A DNA stretch of 63,611 nucleotides, counting the filler, from Octopus bimaculoides (taxonomy: Eukaryota): assembly GCF_001194135.2 (NCBI RefSeq). It is 7 parts of 6 records of this genome, joined end to end, with 100 filler letters (N's around TTAATTAATTAA, not from the genome) between each part and the next. Parts side by side here need not be neighbours in the genome. Positions count along the whole stretch, not along the records: positions 1 to 16,272 come from NC_068989.1; positions 16,373 to 33,457 come from NC_069001.1; 5 more parts are not named here. The stretch is one strand, 5' to 3'. The notes below the pieces were generated by a model that made no database searches, was not told the origin of the DNA, and saw only the letters and a program-made list of their open reading frames with translations. Below are positions 13,716 to 24,126 of the stretch, piece by piece. Position 1 is the first letter of the stretch; the number at the start of each line of letters is the position of its first letter. The translations under genes and the position numbers were made by a program.

Positions 13716-13787
13716 ATAATGCATCATTTGTCATATAATGCATCAATTGTTATATAATGCATCATTTGACATATAATGCATCAATCG
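13716..13787. repeat. 19-bp minisatellite ATAATGCATCA(T/A)TTG(T/A)(C/T)AT, about 3.8 copies
   Basis: Units start at 13716, 13735, 13754 and 13773. Confidence 0.9.
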
Positions 13788-13967
13788 CCATGGTGGACCA
13801 CTGAACTCAACACATTTTCCTCATTCTCTCTCTATTTCCTTTTATTCATTTCTGTCGAAGAATATACTCTCCAAACGTACATAGTTTTCCATTTCTTCCG
13901 CGCATCAAACTAATACACTTGCCTGTTCCTACAACTGTCTTCGTCTTATTTCTTCTATAAATTTGAA

Positions 13968-14015
<48 letters not shown>

Positions 14016-14246
14016 GTATATGTATGTATATAGATATTTGTTATATCTAATTACGGTCTTATGTAATCTGCACTATGTCAACTGGTGGTGTTCAGTACAA
14101 TGTCAAAGCAGGAATACTGCTATGCTCACATTTTAGTGTATCGCCACGACTTGTTTTAGCTATTTATTTTAACTTCCCTTGAGCGATCAAGTGTTGAGCA
14201 CTGTGGCTGGATTTCATCATGTTACGCATACAGATGAAACTAAGTT

Positions 14247-14248
<2 letters not shown>

Positions 14249-14303
<55 letters not shown>
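14249..14303. repeat. (AGT)n microsatellite
   Basis: Read directly. Confidence 0.95.
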
Positions 14304-14444
14304 CAAATAGAAGAAATAAGATGAGCGAATAGAAGGGAAGAAGAGGTAGGGGAAAGGAGGAGGATGAAAAGAAGAAAAACAACAATAATGACGACAACGA
14401 TTTCTATTATTATTCAACTTAACCTTTATTATAGCGAAATATAA

Positions 14445-14722
14445 GGCGGCCAACCGGCAGAATTATTAGCACGCCGGACGAAATGCGTTTCGTCCGTCTT
14501 TACATTCTGAGCTCTAATTGTCGGCAGAAGCGTTACCAAATTGGCAAAATGTTTAGTGGCATTTCATCCGCCATTTTTATGGTCAAACGCCGCTGAAGTC
14601 AACTTTGCACTTGATCCCTTCGGGATCTATGAAATAAGTGCCAGTTGAGAAATGGAGTTGATGCAATCGACTAGCACCCTTCCCTTTAATTTCAAGCCTT
14701 GTACCGATAGTAGAAAGGGTTT
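14445..14722 (+). mobile_element. SINE family B (degenerate, head partly duplicated)
   Basis: GGCAGAATTATTAGCACGCCGGACGAAATG head; a second head-like segment follows; tail GCCTTGTACCGATAGTAGAAAGG. Confidence 0.75.
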
Positions 14723-15203
14723 ATCAGAATGAAATATATGCGAGTGTTACATTTTTAACAATCATACTAAGGAACCGAATCAAAGATAATCGAAATATTT
14801 AACTCAATGAAACAACTACCGGTGTTTGCTATATGTTGGATGGCATTGAAAACAGATTTAGCACATCATATATATTTCAATGTTGTGTTATAATATAAAT
14901 AAATACCTTTTATAATCCAGTTCTTGTAATTCTCTTAGATCAATCACTTAAGCACCTTATATTTCTATAGTGTTCAGTTATAACATAACTATATATTTAA
15001 TATAACTTGATCATGTCATTGTACTGTCATATTTCTTCCATAAAAGTGGCAAAAACACGAAAGAAATTACCAAAAGTAACATTGGTTTTTTTTTTGGTTT
15101 TTTTTTCATGGAAAACTCTCTCCTTGCATCTACTTATACATATATGAATATATTTCCAGCACCACGATTGAATTGAGTTTAAATTGAGAAACCTTTCAAA
15201 GCA

Positions 15204-15250
<47 letters not shown>

Positions 15251-15850
15251 ATTGTCACTTTGACAGTGGCTCTGATGTTTTTGAACATGTACTTCGAACA
15301 CGAATTCCAATGATAACTCTCTGTTGCGATTTTACCTATAATATATGTATAACTTACACATTTTATATGAGCATATCAATTCGATTGAATAAGCAGAGAT
15401 ATTTAATTGGCTTCACTTGTTTTCTTTTATAATATTCACGCTATTCAGGTTTGGCAATTACTTAACATATAAACAAGTAAGATCAATTTCAAAATATGAC
15501 ATTTTGTGAGTTCCATAATGTCTCAAGCTTTGCATAGAATATTACTTTCCATAGTTCTAGAAAATTTACATTTGTACGATAATATCTTTATTGAAAAGCT
15601 TTCCAATAAACCAGCATGATATTAAAAACTTCCTGAACACGCAGAAACTAATATTTTGTATTTGCTATTCTGAATAGCATATCCTATGACATATTGTGAA
15701 TAACTTTGTTGTTTCTAATAACATGGAAGGTTTTCACGACGCAACTCTTCTGAGGCCTGCCTTCAGGTATGATATCAGGCCTGGAAGTTTTGAGCTTTGC
15801 AATTCTAGCTAGCAGAGCACTTTTATATTTTTGCATACACACACTGTATA

Positions 15851-15884
<34 letters not shown>

Positions 15885-16069
15885 TATATATATATATATA
15901 TATATATACAGACATACATATAGACATACATACATATATATATGCACACGGGCGTGTGTCTTCTACTATAGCCTCAGGCTGACCAAGGCCTTGTGAACAG
16001 ATTTGGTAGACGGAAACTGAAAGAGGCCCGTCGTATTTATATATATATATGCAGTATTTATATATATAT

Positions 16070-16272
16070 ATGCAGTTCAATGCAAAAAAATTTCAAGTAC
16101 TGCGCTACAAGACCACAAGTACCTCCCAACTGGCATACACAGGGCCTGGAGGTACTGCAATCCCAGAACAACAAACAGTTAGAGATCTGGGCATCAACAT
16201 GTGTAGTGATGCATCATTTCACATGCACATTATCAAGTTGACAGCAAGGTGCAGACAACTGGCGGGGTGGAT
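16070..16272 (+). mobile_element. CR1/L2-group LINE RT C-terminal fragment
   Basis: MQFNAKKFQVLRY...VRDLGINMCSDASFHMHI...RQLAGW matches the FNxxK / VRDLGV / FxxHI / GWI pattern of CR1-group LINEs. Confidence 0.75.
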
Positions 16273-16372
16273 NNNNNNNNNNNNNNNNNNNNNNNNNNNN
16301 NNNNNNNNNNNNNNNNTTAATTAATTAANNNNNNNNNNNNNNNNNNNNNNNNNNNNNNNNNNNNNNNNNNNN
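16273..16372. other. Assembly join marker (44 N + TTAATTAATTAA + 44 N)
   Basis: Exact 100-bp construct repeated six times; the 12-mer has stops in all six frames. Confidence 0.92.
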
Positions 16373-16387
16373 CCTGTCGTATATATG

Positions 16388-16418
<31 letters not shown>

Positions 16419-16641
16419 ATATGTTTGTGTGTCTGTGTTTGTCCCCCCCCCAACTTCGCTTCACAACCGATAGTGGTGTGTTTACGTCCTCGTAACTTAG
16501 CTGTTCGGCAAAAGAGACCGATAGAATAAGTACTAGGCTTACAAAGAATATGTCCTGGGGTCGATTTGCTCGACTAAAGGCGGTGCTCCAGCATGGCCGC
16601 AGTCAAATGACTGAAACAAGTAAAAGACTAAAGAGTATATA

Positions 16642-16677
<36 letters not shown>

Positions 16678-17729
16678 TGTATGTATGTGTGTATGTATAT
16701 GTATATGCACGCGAATATATTTAACCATGTATGTATATAATATGGAATCATTTATGCGTTTGTGTTGCGATGAAGCTTATTTGAACGCAACAAATTAGCT
16801 CTGTAGAGTTCCTCTGAAACTCAAATAACTTTCCGAGATTTTGTCTTTACTTAATTCCTAACAGAAAAGAAAGAAACAGTTAATTCCCATAAATCTCAAA
16901 TAAAAAAAGCGAAAATATTAATGTTATTACATATTTTCTCACTTCTCACCATTACCTAGTAAATAAAGAGCCAAATTACCAAAAAATTAAGATAGACTTA
17001 CAATCTATTTTATGAAATAGTATATACGATATTTAAAAAACACATATATACTAATAGATCGGCTTTTGTTAATTTCTTAATAGTATTTCTGTACAATACT
17101 GTACTTCTTAATAGTATTATATACTTTTAAAGATTATTATAATTTTTCACGATATAGTCGTTTCTGTTTTTAACATGCTTTCAGAGCGAGTATTTTGTTT
17201 TATTGCAGTTTTAAGGCTTACAAGGGAAATAACTCATATAAGAAAAAATTTTGAAGTTGTCTTTCTTGTCTTTCTCTCCCTGGTAGATAGATAGATAGAT
17301 ATTATATATATATATATGTATGTATATATATANNNNNNNNNNNNNNNNNNNNNNNNNNNNNNNNNNNNNNNNNNNNNNNNNNNNNNNNNNNNNNNNNNNN
17401 NNNNNNNNNNNNNNNNNNNNNNNNNNNNNNNNNNNNNNNNNNNNNNNNNNNNNNNNNNNNNNNNNNNNNNNNNNNNNNNNNNNNNNNNNNNNNNNNNNNN
17501 NNNNNNNNNNNNNNNNNNNNNNNNNNNNNNNNNNNNNNNNNNNNNNNNNNNNNNNNNNNNNNNNNNNNNNNNNNNNNNNNNNNNNNNNNNNNNNNNNNNN
17601 NNNNNNNNNNNNNNNNNNNNNNNNNNNNNNNNNNNNNNNNNNNNNNNNNNNNNNNNNNNNNNNNNNNNNNNNNNNNNNNNNNNNNNNNNNNNNNNNNNNN
17701 NNNNNNNNNNNNNNNNNNNNNNNNNNNNN

Positions 17730-17767
<38 letters not shown>

Positions 17768-18084
17768 GTGATCATTTATATTATTTGTTAATTATATAGC
17801 ATATTAGCATATACACGCGCGCATGCATGTGCGTGCGTGTGTTTTATACGACACATTTCATCATGGTTTTTGTCTAACAAATTTCACTCACATAACATTA
17901 ATCAAATTGAAGCTATAGATAGATGACCTACAATGGTATTTACCGTATACCATTCAGTATTTAATAGTACTGTATACGGTTAAAATATTAATACCATTTT
18001 TCACGATGTAATTCGTTTCAATTTTATCATACGTCCTCAGATCAAGTGTCTAAAAAAGCATTTTAAGGAGAATAAACTATTCGT

Positions 18085-18420
18085 CTTTTCCGTCCACCAT
18101 TCCTGAGAGGGAATTGAATGTAGAGTACTCAAGTACCTCCTCTATAGGACCTATCAGAAGCAACCCTCGTTACACTTTCCAACTGGATTCCCAAGCATGA
18201 CCAACTAAGACAATGGATACTATCTATCTGTGGGTCTCCTGTCCTTTGGCTTGTCTTTCCCCACATTTTAATCACATGCCCGCACCACCGGAGCTGTGAT
18301 CTCTTAATACGGAGAAGTAGCGACTCAACCTAGGGAGACTCCCAGATTTCCATGTTATGAAACCTGTCAAGTAACGTTACTCCAGATATTCTTTCAAGGA
18401 GCCCCATTTTTGGTCTCTTG
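18085..18420 (-). mobile_element. RTE-clade LINE 3' fragment (decayed)
   Basis: Minus frame MGLLERISGVTLLDRFHNMEIWESP*VESLLLRIKRSQLRWCGHVIKM matches the RTE LRRIxGVT...QLRWxGHV motif. Confidence 0.75.
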
Positions 18421-18489
18421 TATTCACGATCGTACACTTTCGATCATTACACAACATTCAAAGACATAGGTGAAGGCATATAATTGGTA

Positions 18490-18773
18490 CTCCATAGGTT
18501 ACGACGACAAGTGTTCCAGTTGATCCGATCAATTCGTGAAATTAATATACGAGATAGGCGATACTCTTAATGTAGTTCTCAGAGACATTCAGCGTAACAC
18601 AGAATGTGATAAGGCTGGCTTTTGAATAACAGATACAAATTATTTTTGCCTTGTCGACTGGAACAACATGAAATAAAGTAACTGGCTCAAGGACAAAACA
18701 CACCACTATGAATCGAACTCACAACTTGAGGTTCGTGACCCGAATACCCTAACCACTAATCCATGCGCCTTCA
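18490..18773 (-). mobile_element. tRNA-derived SINE family C
   Basis: Minus head TGAAGGCGCATGGATTAGTGGTTAGGG...GAGTTCGATTC (A and B boxes), then CTTGAGCC...TTTATTTCA...GTTCCAGT; related to 54126-54460. Confidence 0.75.
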
Positions 18774-19227
18774 ATAAGGTACAAAAACTGAATCAAAAAT
18801 AAGTTTAATTTTTCAAGCCACCTTTCTGAAAGGGAAACAACTCATACTTGTAATCTAAATATTTGGAAGAGTTGTCTTTCTTCTCCAGTGAGTTCATTCT
18901 GACTTCGTGTTTCAACGAAGCAGCAACATTTCTCAAGACTTCACGAAAACGATGAAAACATTGAAAGAGTATCCACGAAGGTCAGTGCATTCAGTTGAAT
19001 AATTTCCTTAATGACTTGATATTATCATTTCGCAGCTAGATTTCACATTTTCTTATGCATTTGTGAAATAACTATGTCACATTTATTTGTTTGAAAGGCA
19101 TCAATGCTAACATCATTGCAATTGTTTTTTCACTGCGATATAAATATTAAATTTCTTTTTAAAAAAAAGCATATTTCGAGTGGAAAAAATTTGAAAACAT
19201 CTTACTGGGAAAAAAAACATTATATAA

Positions 19228-19263
<36 letters not shown>

Positions 19264-20995
19264 NNNNNNNNNNNNNNNNNNNNNNNNNNNNNNNNNNNNN
19301 NNNNNNNNNNNNNNNNNNNNNNNNNNNNNNNNNNNNNNNNNNNNNNNNNNNNNNNNNNNNNNNNNNNNNNNNNNNNNNNNNNNNNNNNNNNNNNNNNNNN
19401 NNNNNNNNNNNNNNNNNNNNNNNNNNNNNNNNNNNNNNNNNNNNNNNNNNNNNNNNNNNNNNNNNNNNNNNNNNNNNNNNNNNNNNNNNNNNNNNNNNNN
19501 NNNNNNNNNNNNNNNNNNNNNNNNNNNNNNNNNNNNNNNNNNNNNNNNNNNNNNNNNNNNNNNNNNNNNNNNNNNNNNNNNNNNNNNNNNNNNNNNNNNN
19601 NNNNNNNNNNNNNNNNNNNNNNNNNNNNNNNNNNNNNNNNNNNNNNNNNNNNNNNNNNNNNNNNNNNNNNNNNNNNNNNNNNNNNNNNNNNNNNNNNNNN
19701 NNNNNNNNNNNNNNNNNNNNNNNNNNNNNNNNNNNNNNNNNNNNNNNNNNNNNNNNNNNNNNNNNNNNNNNNNNNNNNNNNNNNNNNNNNNNNNNNNNNN
19801 NNNNNNNNNNNNNNNNNNNNNNNNNNNNNNNNNNNNNNNNNNNNNNNNNNNNNNNNNNNNNNNNNNNNNNNNNNNNNNNNNNNNNNNNNNNNNNNNNNNN
19901 NNNNNNNNNNNNNNATAGATAGATAGATAGATATACATACGTGTAGTGTATATATATATAATGTTTGTATATATTTAGGCATCTATATGTATGTGTGTGC
20001 GTGTGAAGGATGTTTTCAAAGATGTCTTGCAAAAAAAATGTTTGATATAGTCCTAATGTCTGAAAAAAATATTTTCTTAAAAATTATTTTCTGTTTTTTT
20101 TTTTTTTGTTTTTTTCTGCTTCGTTAACTTTTGAAATTTTTTTCCGAAACCTTCGCGTCAGTCTGATTTTCTGAGACGTTTCTTTAAATTGTCAATAACT
20201 TTTAATGACATTTTTCTACAAATTTATAGATATAGGTATAGATAGATAGATAGATATACATACGTGTAGTGTATATATATATATATATATATGAAGAAGA
20301 AGAAGAAAGATGTGTGTGTGTGTGTATGTATAGACGGATGTATATGCATGCACACATACATACATACATACAATACGTATCAAATGTCACAAATTATATG
20401 TCTACTTCATGTAAATTATATTTGTATATGTTTGCATATATGGATTTCTTGCCTGTTTACCTGTCGCGTAACTTAAAATGTATACGTTGGCTAACATGGG
20501 TAATATCAGGAAATATTGTATAGAATAGTTAAACAAATTTCTTGGTGCTTATATAAAACGGTAAAATTAATACTAATTTTCAGAAGAAAATATATATATT
20601 TCACCTTTATATTTGAATTAAATATAACAAAATTTTCATTTGCATAAAAGTACATCCATAACTACTGTCTTTTGTAAAATAATAAAAAATACTGACTTCG
20701 TTTTTGTATTTATTATTGGGAAAATGAGTTTCGAAGACACACAAAAAAAAATTGACTATTTTATTGTTAACTTTGTCAGAGAAGCATAAAGTTCGTGTTG
20801 GCCATCTTGTCTTTCTGCTGATAAACTGTCGTCTGCTTATTCGATTCTTGTTTCTTTTCGCATTTTTCACCGTTTTTTTTTTTTTTTTTATATTTAATGA
20901 TATCTATATTGAACACTTCTATCAATAATACACACACACATGTACGTATTCATAAATAATATATATATGTATATATATATGTATATATATATATA

Positions 20996-21430
20996 CCGTA
21001 AATCCTCGTGTATAGTCCGCCCTTGAGTATATTACGCAGGGGATTTTTAGTGGGCTGTACCTCTGAAAAACTTATACTTTGTATATAATATGCACCCCTT
21101 CTCTAACTTGAGTCAAGGAGGTCTATATAATGTCTTTGGTTTGTAAACATATATACGGTAACGTCCTTTATTATTATTGTATATATATTGCATAGTACAA
21201 ACGTGTAACTTTTTTGTGCACTTTGTTTTCAGAAAATAAAGAAATAACAGTAATAACGTCAGTGAAAAATAAATATTAAGTAAATTGCTTTTACATATTT
21301 ATCACAATCAGTTACAAAATCAAAAACATTTATTCAAATCCTTCAAATTCAACATTCATTTTCAGCATCAAATAGCTGTTCCATTTGTTCCTCCGTAAAC
21401 AAACACTTCCGCGCATGCGTAATACAATAA
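20996..21430 (-). mobile_element. pogo/Tc2-like DNA transposon 3' end
   Basis: After a TA, the terminus CCGTAAATCCTCGTGTATAGTCCGC is followed by several GTATA-containing subterminal repeats. The minus strand at 21330-21400 encodes a frameshifted acidic tail FTEEQMEQLFDAENE/NVEFEGFE*, typical of pogo-type transposase C-termini. Confidence 0.6.
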
Positions 21431-21460
21431 TGGTGATCTTAACTGTTATATGGGACGGGT

Positions 21461-21625
21461 GCCTATATAGGCTATATAGGCTGGGCCTATATAGCCTATA
21501 TAGCCGCAGGCAGTGCTATATAGGCGCAGGGGTGGCTATATAGGCACAGGGATTCCTATATAGCCTATATAGGTGCAGGGAGTTACCTATATAGCAACTC
21601 CTGCATCTATATTAGCTATATAAGG
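21461..21625. repeat. Array of CTATATAG palindromes (9 perfect, 2 variant) with GCAGG-rich spacers
   Basis: Perfect 8-mers start at 21463, 21472, 21487, 21496, 21516, 21536, 21556, 21565 and 21587. Confidence 0.9.
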
Positions 21626-21639
21626 TCCAGGGGAGACAA

Positions 21640-22094
21640 AAACAAGGATGGTGCAATATCATGATAATATGGTAGATGGGGTAAGAGATCCCAGCAAAGT
21701 TCATGTAACCTCGTTCAGGTAGCCAAAGACTCATGTGGTCAGGCATTGTCTTGTTGGAACACCACTCATTTCTTGTTGGCAATCTCCGGCCTCAATTCTT
21801 TGATTTTTTTTGGTTCAAATTTGCCAGTTGACGACAGTACACATTAGAATTACTGGTCTGGTCTTGTGGGAGAAGCTCATAAAAAATAATGCCTTTATGG
21901 TCCCACCAAACACAAAGCATAGCTTTTTGGGCATGGATATTCATCTTTGGTTGCTGTTTTAGGGGATCCTTATACAAACTCCAGGATCTTTTTCACACTA
22001 CATTTTCTTACAAAATCCATTTTTCTTCCAAGCTAAACTCTCCAGCTTTAAATTTTGCAAACCATCTTCAAACAGTTGATTCACCTATAACATC
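21640..22094 (-). pseudogene. Mariner (Mos1-like DD34D) transposase relic, internally deleted
   Basis: Minus strand: DVIGESTV*RWFAKFKAGEFSLE fused to EKWIL*ENVV*KRSW...MLCVWWDHKGIIFYELL...VYCRQL, then after a frameshift RPEIANKK*VVFQQDNA*PH...PHLPYYHDIAPS (cf. PHPPYSPDLAPS). Confidence 0.88.
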
Positions 22095-24007
22095 TAGTGT
22101 TGCTGTTATGAAAGAGTACAATATTCGTCGTCACTACAAAGCAAAACATCTCTCAACACATTCTAAATATTCTGGAAAGTTGCAGTCCAAGAAATTTGAA
22201 TCTATGAAATGTAGCATGGAATCTCAAAGGAATTTCTTTACTAAAATGTTTGTTGAAAATGAATCTATCACTCGTGTAAACTACAAAATAGTGAATAAGT
22301 TGATAGATCGAGAAAAGCAATTTACTGATGGAAATTTTATAAAAGAGTGCATGATGGAAGCAGCAAATGACATGTGTCCTGAAAAAGCTAACATATTTGG
22401 CTGTATCAGCCTTTCAACAAGTTCAGTTGTGCAGAGAACAGAAGAACTCTAAGAGAATATACAGTTACAGACACATGAGAAAGCTAAGAAATTTTTGTGG
22501 TATTCTCTAGCAATGGATGAGTCTACTGATCTCTCTAGTATGTCACAACTTCTTGTGTTCATTTGTGGTGTTAATTGCAACTTTGAGACTATAGAAGAAA
22601 TGGCATCCATTTGCAGTATACATGGAACAAAAACTGGAGAAGATATTTTCATAGAGGTGCAGAAAACTTTGCAAAACTATAACCTTCAGTGGAATTAGCT
22701 TCAGTGTGTTACAGTCAATGGAGGAAAAAACATGGCAGGGGTGAAGAAGGATTTGGTAGGGCGGATCCAGACCAAGTTGGAGGAGCTTCAACTTCCGAAA
22801 GCTCTGTTTATACACTGCATTATACATCAGCAAGCACTCTGTGGAAAACAGATATTTCTTGCTTACTAAAACCAGTTACAACTGTGGTGAACTTTATTCG
22901 GAATCATGGGCTTAATCACCGACAGACCCAGGCTTTCCTTGAAGAAATGGATTCTGGTTTCTGTGATTTGCCTTCCTACACAGAAGTGAGATGTCTCAGT
23001 TGCGGTAAAGTCCTGTTTCATTTTTATAAGCTCCGAAGAGAAATAGACCTTTTTCTCACTGAAATGAATAGAGTTGATCCACAGCTGTCAGATCCTGTCA
23101 TTTTTAGTTGACGTCACTGCTCATATGAATGAATTGAATTTAAAACTGCAAGGAAAGAATAACCTTGTCTGTGATCTCTACAGAATTATTACAGCTTTTC
23201 AGAGAAAGCTATCATTGTTTGAAGCACAACTTGAAGGAGGAAACTTCTCTCATTTTCAGTGTTTTCAAGAGTTTTGCACAAAAAATGTGGAGCATGTTAA
23301 CCGCGAGTTTCAGAACAAATTATTCGGGACTTAAATAAGCATTTTTCTCAAAGATTTTCAGATCTTGACATAATTGAGAATGAAATTCTTTTGTTTGAGA
23401 ATCCCTCTGGCTGTAATCTTGATAACATGCCAACTGAACTACAACTGGAGCCTATTGACTTGTAAGCTAATACCTTGTTGAAAGAGAAGCACAGAGAAGG
23501 AAAATTCATTGAATTTTATCACTGCTTGCCTGCTGATGAGTTTTCAAAATTGAAAAAAATTGCCTCGGCTATGGCATCAGTTTTTGGAACAACCTATGTT
23601 TGTGAGCAAACTTTTTCAAAAATGAACTGTGTGAAGTCAATACATGGAACAAGGCTCACTGATGAACATTTGAAGACAATTCTTATGGTTGGCTGCAGCA
23701 ATCATAAAGCAAATGTTGATATTTTGGAAGCAAAACGCCAGTTTCACAAATCTCATTAATTCAGCTGTGTGTGTACTTGTACTAAAAATTTTTAATTGAT
23801 AATATTTTGCTATTATTAAAATACGTTTGTTTTTATTATTTTGTGTATTTTATGTATTGATAAATAAATAGAATAACTGTCTTTATTTTTTGTGTACATT
23901 CAGTGTATTCTATATTGTACTGAATTGAACAAAATATTCATCCGGCCTGCGCTTGGCATTCTTTTAGCTTTATCTGGCCCCCTATGAATAAAGTTTGGTG
24001 ACCCCCG
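22095..24007 (+). mobile_element. 5'-truncated hAT transposon, Buster/Charlie/SPIN-like
   Basis: Carries the transposase relic below. The right terminus GGCCCCC...AAAGTTTGGTGACCCCCG is followed by AGTTAGAG, which resembles the NTCTAGAN target preference. No left TIR is present. Confidence 0.88.
22096..23759 (+). pseudogene. hAT transposase pseudogene (GTF2IRD2-like)
   Basis: KEYNIRRHY, KQFTDGNFIKECM, ISLS, YSLAMDESTD, HCIIHQQALC, TEVRCLS, MNELNLKLQG, FGTTYVCEQTFSKMN...RLTDEHL. At least three in-frame stops and three frameshifts; the second catalytic D reads N (VNG) and RW reads RC. Confidence 0.92.
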
Positions 24008-24093
24008 AGTTAGAGTATACATTGCTTTGTATGGATGAGTCTTCTGCAGTACTACAATCAGCAAGGTCCTTCATGAGTTGCAGCATCTCTCTC

Positions 24094-24126
<33 letters not shown>

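Larger units (their letters stand above)
15951..16635 (+). mobile_element. SINE family A interrupted by a CR1-like fragment and an assembly join
   Basis: Family A 5' body at 15951-16036 and 3' half at 16373-16635. Confidence 0.75.

Noticed and set aside
18700-18773. tRNA-like sequences here and at 54126-54195, 40240-40310 and 55255-55320
   Set aside because: They are A/B-box SINE heads that continue into SINE bodies, with no complete cloverleaf, so not tRNA genes.
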